Below are positions 57,686-64,000 of a DNA stretch of 64,000 nt, in pieces (positions within the stretch are counted from its first letter, which is position 1; each line of letters starts with the position of its first letter). The position numbers were made by a program, and so were the translations under genes. The stretch comes from Chitinivibrionales bacterium (lineage in GTDB: Bacteria; Fibrobacterota; Chitinivibrionia; Chitinivibrionales; WJKA01), in NCBI GenBank assembly GCA_014728295.1, contig WJLW01000081.1, forward strand, positions 17,295 to 81,294, written 5' to 3'. The notes beneath the pieces were generated by a model. The model had not been told where the DNA came from. It did not search any database and worked only from the letters and a program-made list of their open reading frames with translations.

Positions 57686-60600
57686 ATGCACGTATTGAAA
57701 AGGCTGTCATGCATTGCTATAGCAATTTTCTGCTGTACGATCTTCGCACAACAAAGCACGCCCTACGTTCTTACCAGCTTTCCGCTTGCGGCAATTAAAG
57801 CGGATACCCTGGTGGAGATACGCTGGGCGGGTTCGGCCCGCCCCGAGCTTGTTTTGCAGGGAGTTACCCCCGATTCGGGCATTATCTACTACGACCGGGC
57901 TCCTGGAGGCTCCGATCTTGGAAATTATCGCTACCAGGTAACCAACCCGACAATTTCAAATACGCACATTCAGGGCAGTCCGTCTCAACGCCAGATATAT
58001 TTCAATCCTTCAGAGCAAACCGACATGAACGCGGGAGTGTTTTATTTCATAGTCGGCTGGCCGATGCCAAACGATACTTTTTATTCGAATGAACTCCAGC
58101 TTATTGTGGAGACAACAGAACCTACCAAACTGACGGAACCATCACAGGCAAACATAGAAGATCTGACGCCAACTTTCGAATGGGAGATTAATCCCGGTGT
58201 TCCATATTACCATATCATACTCTCCGACGAGAAAATTCAGATCGACAGCTCCGGCGAAGAGCTCAATGTTGAGGGTTTGAGCATTATCTGGCAGGCAATC
58301 ACGCCCAATACGCAAATAGTTTACGGCGCTCCCGATCCCTCCGGTACGATTACCGCTTCTCCCCCGCCCATGTCGCCCGGCCAGACCTATTCTATTGTCG
58401 TATTGAACAACTACGGCAATCATCCCGCCTATACATCAACAAAGTTTGGTTTGCCCAAAACATTTACCATTGCAGGTGACGAAGATGATACTTTGATCCC
58501 ACCGGTCAACGCATCGCCGGCCGGCATTTCAACCTCGGATTCCAGCATTACCTTCAAGTGGACCAGTCTAGACACGGCCAAAGCAAACACCTATAAAATT
58601 TATGTCTATGTCGCCAACGATCTGGGCGGTGTCAAAGCACAACTGGTTGTCTGGGAAAATGAAGTCACGGCACAGACATTTCAAAACGATGACGGCACCT
58701 GGATAGATACCGCTTTTGTGACGATCGATGCACAATCGGTTCTTACCGAAAATCATTACACCTGGAAAGTGATAGCCATCGATGATCGCGGCGCGGGGCG
58801 GGCCGGGGACACCACGGGCTTCGATTATACCTCGCCCTCCGGAGTGTTGCGTTGTTATACCAAAGAGAAAATCGTATCCGGCAACGACACGATCACCTCC
58901 AATGTTTCGGCTGTCGAGATCCAGGTGGAAGTACTCGACGGCTCTCTGGAAAAACCGCTCCTGTTTTACACCGACAACAACGGTTACCTCAAGCGCGATC
59001 GACCGGTAGGAACCTACCGTATAACCGCAGTCAAAAATGGATTCGAGCAGCAGTCCAAGACAATTGTTATTGAAGATGATAAGACAACAGAGGTCACCCT
59101 CTACCTCAAACGCCCCGACGCGACGGTATACGGGAAAGTCGTTGACGAATCGGGAGCCGGCATCAACCTTGCAAAGGTGAAGGGAATCTCGGAAAAGGGT
59201 GATACCTTGTATGCCGAAACGGATAAATTCGGCAGCTTTATACTCAGTTGCTACAAGAGCGACTGGAAAATTACAGCCGAGAAAATCGGCTACATCACCT
59301 CATTGCCGCGCGACACCTTTGTTACTTTCGGGCAAAATGTAAACTTCTCAAGCATTGCACTCGAAAAAGTCCCCTTTCAGATTTCCGGTACTGTAAAAAA
59401 CAATAAAGGCCGGGCTCTGATCGGCGTCAAAGTGCAACTCTTGAGAGAGGGGGTTGTTGTCGATGAGCTTCCGTCCACTTCACAAACCGGGGTCTACTCC
59501 TTTTCCGCCGAAGCCGGTACCTATAAGCTGGAAGCAACCAAAACCGGATTCACGACCTACAGCAAAGAGGTACAACTGTCAAGTTCGTCCCAGATCAATA
59601 TCACGATGCAGGCCGGTGCGGCTCTGGTCAACGGGTATGTGTTCGGGCGCTCCTGGGTTTCGGGCAAAGAAGTTATCGCCCCAATAACCAAGGCAACCTT
59701 GACCTTTACCAATGTGATGGATTCCACACAGATTACCAGCGTGCAATCCGACGCAACGTATGGTGATTTTCGCATCAGTCTGCCTGGGGATGAAAACTAT
59801 GCCGTCACGACCTCTGCCAAGGGATATGTCACAGCAGGCACCATCGATACAGTTAAGCTCAAGCCCGGGAAAACAAAGGCCTACAACGACACGCTCCAGG
59901 GACTGGCCATGATACGTGGCGTCGTCAATCAGATTAACGACACTACCGGCGCTACCGTCGGAACGGTTGGCAATGCGAGTATCTCACTTGTTAACACGAC
60001 AACCGGCCGGGTATCGGCAACAGCCACCTCGCAGGCTAACGGCGAATTCGAGCTACGCAATATCGCGGATGACAACTATGTGATCAAGGCCGGAAAAGAC
60101 GGCCTGGTTCTCGACAGCGTAGCGCCGGTTGAAACCCTGGAAGTCAAAACGGGCAAGATAACCAACGCCACTCAGGATATACAGGTCTTCATGGTTGCCG
60201 GTACGAAAACTATCAAGTGGTCCATTAACAACGGCATCGATCTCACCAGCTCGATCAAAATCCAATCACCGCTCGAAAAAACCATTAAGCCAACCGACTC
60301 CCTGACCGGAGCAGGTTCGGGTGATTATGTCGTTATTGTCGACGCGGTGGAAGATTCGATCATCGACCTGGCATATCATGCCTTCACCGTACCCGACACA
60401 GTCGAAACCTATACAGACGATGTTCAGCTTTCCGTTTTTCATACGCCGCCGGATACGGTCGATACGCTGAAAGTTACTTCGCTGACACCGCTTGACACCG
60501 TCACTTTCTTTTATCGCTCCATATCCTCACCGACCTACACCAAGCAAGTGCAAGCCGGTCCGGCAACTTCGTTCAGCTTTGCGCCCTTGCTCGAAAAAGA

Positions 60601-62227
60601 CGGCAATTACATGGTGTATTATTTCGTGTGCCAGGATACTCTGGGACAAATTTACGGGTATGAGCGCGAAGCCTATAAATCATACGTAAAGCCAAATCCG
60701 CTCTATCGCAAGCTCGAAATAATTCCGGCATCCTCGGACACGGCAACCTATCCGGCCGATTACGACCTGACGTTGCGCTTTCAGGCTTATTTCAGCTCGG
60801 CTTTTATCAAAGACAGCACGATCAGCAGAAACGCCGTGCAATGGTCTATTGAAAATCCTCAGGGCACCACCCTGAACGGCACCGACTCCACACTGGTTAC
60901 CGTTACCACGGCAAGCCGAGCAACTACAGCAACGTCCGGTCCGGTCGTAGTAAAGGCAAGCATTGTCGATGCGTCAAAAATGTGGCCGGGAGTTTCCGCC
61001 ACGGCGTATATTGCATTTCATGTCGCCTCGCAGGGCATCAGCAAAATTGCCGTTAGCCGCACCGATCCCGCCAATCCGCTTCCAATCACGACTGCGCCGG
61101 GAGATTATGCACAATTTAATGCTACCGCCACGGACTCTGCGGGCAGCCAATACGCACTGACTCCCACCTGGTCTATTCAGCCGGCGAATGCGGGTACCAT
61201 TGCCTACAATGGTGTTTTCTCGGCACACTCCTCATTTGCAGGCAGAGTACAGATTTATGCCAAAGGCGGTACTGTTACCGGGCAGTACAATGTTAATACG
61301 ACCGACGCGGCAAAGTCGGGCCTGGAAGTACAGCATATCGTCAGCAGAAAAAGCATACCCGATACGATTAACAGCTTCAGGGGTGCACGCATTGTGCTAC
61401 CGCCCTTTGTCGTGGGAGCCAATGAAACCGGAAAGATGACAGTCACAACTCCCCCGCTCAGCAACCTCATAGAACGCGGCCTGGGCGCTCAGAAAGCAAT
61501 CGGGCAAGCTTATGAGATTAATGAAGTAAACGGCATTGCGCTGCAGCTATCCGACACCGGTTCGGCAGAGATCACACTTGACATGCCGGAATCTCACGTC
61601 GAGGCCGCGGCCGGCAACAAGATGAACTTCTCCATAGCGCGCTGGCATGTGGACAGCTTGCGCTGGGATACTCTCAGCACCTCTCAGGTAGCCGCCAACG
61701 GGAAAACAATAAGCGCAACGCTGACGCGCTTTTCACGTTTCGGCATTCTGGCGGAAGCGAAAAAAACCGAGGGATTTCTCAGTGTCTGGCCCAATCCATT
61801 CTCACCATTTGGATTCAGCAGCAACAACAATAAAGATTACTATCGCCAGGCAGTAAGCAGAAATTACAAGGATCCATATAACGAATCGGATATAGCCGCG
61901 ACTGCCGGGGGCACCTGGATTCGTTTTAAAACATCGTCAAAGGAAAACTTTGCGCAGGCTCGTGTTCGCATCTACACAGTACTTGGGGACCTTGTCTATG
62001 CAGTCTCTCATGTCAACCTAAGATCGAACACGGATTATTTCTTATGGTGGGACGGCAAAACCACCGAGCGCGAAATTGAATTACGCCCGCAATCTCAAGA
62101 TGACGCAACGTTTTACACGCCCGGCAAAAAGCTATGCCGCAACGGTCGATATTTTGTCGTCCTGATGCTCAAAGATACCAAAGGCAAAAAGCGCTATTAT
62201 AAACAACAGGTCATTCTCATTAAATAA
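57686..62227 (+). CDS. Giant secreted/surface protein (1513 aa) with multiple CarboxypepD_reg-like, Ig/Big-like domains and an FlgD-Ig-like C-terminal domain
   Basis: Signal peptide (CIAIAIFCCTIFAQQ). Repeated units of type V.G.V.D..G..I..A.V (e.g. ATVYGKVVDESGAGINLAKVKG; ISGTVKNNKGRALIGVKVQL; GEFELRNIADDNYVIKAGKDG). C-terminal VWPNPFSPF...VRIYTVLGDLV...WWDGK...GRYFVVL. Confidence 0.75.
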   Translation: MHVLKRLSCIAIAIFCCTIFAQQSTPYVLTSFPLAAIKADTLVEIRWAGSARPELVLQGVTPDSGIIYYDRAPGGSDLGNYRYQVTNPTISNTHIQGSPSQRQIYFNPSEQTDMNAGVFYFIVGWPMPNDTFYSNELQLIVETTEPTKLTEPSQANIEDLTPTFEWEINPGVPYYHIILSDEKIQIDSSGEELNVEGLSIIWQAITPNTQIVYGAPDPSGTITASPPPMSPGQTYSIVVLNNYGNHPAYTSTKFGLPKTFTIAGDEDDTLIPPVNASPAGISTSDSSITFKWTSLDTAKANTYKIYVYVANDLGGVKAQLVVWENEVTAQTFQNDDGTWIDTAFVTIDAQSVLTENHYTWKVIAIDDRGAGRAGDTTGFDYTSPSGVLRCYTKEKIVSGNDTITSNVSAVEIQVEVLDGSLEKPLLFYTDNNGYLKRDRPVGTYRITAVKNGFEQQSKTIVIEDDKTTEVTLYLKRPDATVYGKVVDESGAGINLAKVKGISEKGDTLYAETDKFGSFILSCYKSDWKITAEKIGYITSLPRDTFVTFGQNVNFSSIALEKVPFQISGTVKNNKGRALIGVKVQLLREGVVVDELPSTSQTGVYSFSAEAGTYKLEATKTGFTTYSKEVQLSSSSQINITMQAGAALVNGYVFGRSWVSGKEVIAPITKATLTFTNVMDSTQITSVQSDATYGDFRISLPGDENYAVTTSAKGYVTAGTIDTVKLKPGKTKAYNDTLQGLAMIRGVVNQINDTTGATVGTVGNASISLVNTTTGRVSATATSQANGEFELRNIADDNYVIKAGKDGLVLDSVAPVETLEVKTGKITNATQDIQVFMVAGTKTIKWSINNGIDLTSSIKIQSPLEKTIKPTDSLTGAGSGDYVVIVDAVEDSIIDLAYHAFTVPDTVETYTDDVQLSVFHTPPDTVDTLKVTSLTPLDTVTFFYRSISSPTYTKQVQAGPATSFSFAPLLEKDGNYMVYYFVCQDTLGQIYGYEREAYKSYVKPNPLYRKLEIIPASSDTATYPADYDLTLRFQAYFSSAFIKDSTISRNAVQWSIENPQGTTLNGTDSTLVTVTTASRATTATSGPVVVKASIVDASKMWPGVSATAYIAFHVASQGISKIAVSRTDPANPLPITTAPGDYAQFNATATDSAGSQYALTPTWSIQPANAGTIAYNGVFSAHSSFAGRVQIYAKGGTVTGQYNVNTTDAAKSGLEVQHIVSRKSIPDTINSFRGARIVLPPFVVGANETGKMTVTTPPLSNLIERGLGAQKAIGQAYEINEVNGIALQLSDTGSAEITLDMPESHVEAAAGNKMNFSIARWHVDSLRWDTLSTSQVAANGKTISATLTRFSRFGILAEAKKTEGFLSVWPNPFSPFGFSSNNNKDYYRQAVSRNYKDPYNESDIAATAGGTWIRFKTSSKENFAQARVRIYTVLGDLVYAVSHVNLRSNTDYFLWWDGKTTEREIELRPQSQDDATFYTPGKKLCRNGRYFVVLMLKDTKGKKRYYKQQVILIK

Positions 62228-62248
62228 TACAGCAGAGCGGAGGCTACT

Positions 62249-63793
62249 GTGAAGATTGCATACTGCATGCTCATCATTTTCGTGCTGACGCATTTTCATG
62301 TTCTGCAGGCTGATGAAGTCAGTATAAGCGAATCGAAGATCCGTGTCGGTTTGCTGAATCTGGAAGCTTCGGGCGGCGACGTCAGCTTTGCCGACAACGC
62401 CAATCAGGCACTTAAGACAAGTATGGACAACGTCGGCTTCTACGACGTCTATGACCAGACCGCAATTCAGGACGCCTTCGCGCAGATGAACATGAAGCTT
62501 CCCAGGCGATGCAGGGATCCCCGTTGTGTGCGGGAGGTAGGCGCTACCGTGCGCATGGACCGCATGGTATTCGGAGCAATAGACAAAAGCGAAAATTCAT
62601 TCGGCATCTCCCTGCAACTGCTCGATGTTGAAACCAAGCAAATCATCGAAACCGTCAGCCTTGAAAGCGAACCGAACGTCAAGCTCGAGGAGCTCATCCA
62701 GGCAACGGTGGCTAAGTTGCATGGCCATCAGGACCAAGATCTTGCAATTAAAGTACATAAGTATTTTGGCCCTGAAATTAACCATGAGCTGGAATGGGGC
62801 ATATCCTCCGGCGGTGTAGTTCTTGCGGGCCTGATCTGGGGGCTTGCAAGCGGCGGCATCAGTGCAGGAGGAGGTGAGCCGGCCTGGACGGAAAGCATCA
62901 AGGATATGGATAAATCGGGCATCCCCACCAGCGGACACAACATTCCCCTTTCGGCCCGTCCGGCATCGCTGGCCAACTGCTATCTGGCGGAATCTAATGA
63001 TGCATACGGCGTGCTGTACAACCCGGCGGGAATGGCATGGGTGCACAATCGAGAATTCGCTCTTTCCTATCAATACCGTTTTGGCGAGCTGAATAATGTC
63101 GCCGCCGCGTATGCCAACAAGGCGACCCGGGAAATTGGCTTCGGCCATGCATTTCTGTATGTCGGCGACAGGGAAGATCTACTGACGGAGATGTATTTCA
63201 TCACCGCGGCTGCCTATAAATTCAACAGACTGCTGGCATTTTTGCGCCCCTTCTCGATCGGCGCCTCAATAAAACTGATGAATCTCACCACCCCTGAGCT
63301 CGAAGACGGCAACTCCTCGCAGAAAACGTTCGGCCTGGCCGTTGACCTTGGGGTGCTCGCCGAATTTTCAGATAAAATAAAAGGTGCGATGGTACTTAAA
63401 AACGCACCAAATTTCGAGCATGTCAATAATGAGAAGGCAGGATACAGCTACGTAACCACACAACCGATTACCTTGAATTTTGGTGGAGCATTTCACGTTG
63501 GCTACACAACGCTGTTGCTCATGAACATACAAACCCCGGTCTATGAAGATCAGCCCTGGAAAATGGCCGGCGGTATCGAACAGGAGTTGTTCAGAGTGCT
63601 GCGCCTGCGAGCTGGAATCGAAAAAGAGATTCAGGCAAATGTTGATACCGAATGGAAGATCACTCTGGGCAGCGGCATGCAGTTCAATACTGAATCGCTG
63701 CTGGGCCGTTACACGGCAATAGACGCCTCCTACGAATTTAATACTCTGCTGCTGTTCTATGTACTCAATGTGTCGATGCGCTTTGCCTTCTAA
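62249..63793 (+). CDS. Outer-membrane protein: CsgG/LpoB-like N-terminal domain fused to a PorV/PorQ-like beta-barrel
   Basis: GTG start preceded by GGAGG. N-terminal pattern RVGLLNLEASGG...GFYDVYD...C.DP.CVREVGATVRMDRMVFG...ISLQLLDVETKQII. Barrel region has GVLYNPAGMAW and a terminal ..MRFAF. Confidence 0.45.
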   Translation: MKIAYCMLIIFVLTHFHVLQADEVSISESKIRVGLLNLEASGGDVSFADNANQALKTSMDNVGFYDVYDQTAIQDAFAQMNMKLPRRCRDPRCVREVGATVRMDRMVFGAIDKSENSFGISLQLLDVETKQIIETVSLESEPNVKLEELIQATVAKLHGHQDQDLAIKVHKYFGPEINHELEWGISSGGVVLAGLIWGLASGGISAGGGEPAWTESIKDMDKSGIPTSGHNIPLSARPASLANCYLAESNDAYGVLYNPAGMAWVHNREFALSYQYRFGELNNVAAAYANKATREIGFGHAFLYVGDREDLLTEMYFITAAAYKFNRLLAFLRPFSIGASIKLMNLTTPELEDGNSSQKTFGLAVDLGVLAEFSDKIKGAMVLKNAPNFEHVNNEKAGYSYVTTQPITLNFGGAFHVGYTTLLLMNIQTPVYEDQPWKMAGGIEQELFRVLRLRAGIEKEIQANVDTEWKITLGSGMQFNTESLLGRYTAIDASYEFNTLLLFYVLNVSMRFAF

Positions 63794-63802
63794 GTTCGGC
63801 CA

Positions 63803-64000
63803 TTATAAATCAATTACCAGCAGGGTTATATCATCTTCAGGAGGACGATCGGGGCCGCAGAACGTACGCTGATGGTTCAGGATGTCAACGACGGTCTTGT
63901 CGGCGGGTTCATGCGCGGTTTGCAGGGCAATCTCTTCTAACCGCTGCAGATCATACATAACCTCTTCATTGTTTTGAGCTTCGGTCAGGCCGTCGGTATA
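63803..64000 (-). CDS. PP2C-type SpoIIE/RsbU-family phosphatase, C-terminal fragment (5' part outside the window)
   Basis: My minus-strand translation is YTDGLTEAQNNEEVMYDLQRL...FCGPDRPPEDDITLLVIDL*. YTDGLTEA and DDITLLV are typical SpoIIE-domain ends. It is not in the ORF track because it has no start codon inside the window. Confidence 0.6.
   Translation of the reverse strand, partial: YTDGLTEAQNNEEVMYDLQRLEEIALQTAHEPADKTVVDILNHQRTFCGPDRPPEDDITLLVIDL

Noticed and set aside
1-64000. Scan for tRNA/rRNA genes, CRISPR arrays, IS elements and prophage genes
   Set aside because: Intergenic regions contain no T-loop/acceptor-like tRNA signature (GGTTCGAATCC-type). I saw no regularly spaced direct repeats, no transposase/integrase other than housekeeping-type xerD, and no rRNA-like stretches. 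This was a by-eye scan only, so small ncRNAs cannot be excluded.

Overview
This 64 kb window is a chromosomal, mostly housekeeping segment of a diderm bacterium. I annotated it by eye from motifs in the ORF translations; no database search was possible. I recognised no rRNA, tRNA, CRISPR array, transposase or phage genes.

Taxonomy (inference only): a Fibrobacteres/Chlorobi/Bacteroidetes-superphylum-like or candidate-phylum organism. The hints are a single-domain KdsD-like SIS protein, FlgD-Ig-type C-terminal domains on secreted proteins, a PorV/PorQ-like barrel, and the layout of the SecA preprotein-binding domain.

Gene content, left to right:
- TamB-like (5' truncated) and BamA-like outer-membrane assembly genes, then a ClC channel.
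- A long minus-strand block running from 20215 down to 6420: ExbB, an ExbB-ExbD fusion, ExbD, a TonB/AgmX-like protein, PilZ, a FliL-like protein, secA (1580 aa with a very large insertion), tmk, ctp and ppiD.
- SIS isomerase, nadB, a vWA membrane protein, rdgB, leuS and a PfkB kinase.
- Two giant paralogous TPR proteins, convergently transcribed around an ECF sigma/anti-sigma pair.
- SDR, LMW-PTP, tyrS, a truncated Ca/Na-antiporter remnant, an ankyrin-repeat protein, a Crp-like cNMP-binding protein, a SPOR protein and a serpin.
- Secreted and outer-membrane proteins, an aminotransferase, queF, an unlisted 56-aa ferredoxin, a GAF-HD-GYP protein, an MBL hydrolase, xerD, a GT-like protein and HU/IHF.
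- An operon behind a consensus promoter: beta-barrel, 1513-aa surface protein, PorV-like barrel.
- A partial PP2C/SpoIIE phosphatase at the right edge.

Most interesting candidates:
1. The Ton/Tol-type motor operon that carries PilZ and FliL-like accessories plus an ExbB-ExbD fusion.
2. The ~565-aa repeat-containing insertion in SecA.
3. The twin TPR giants around the ECF pair.
4. The barrel / giant protein / barrel operon.
5. A lipoprotein serpin with a predicted Glu at P1.
6. The antiporter remnant abutting the ankyrin/cNMP genes.
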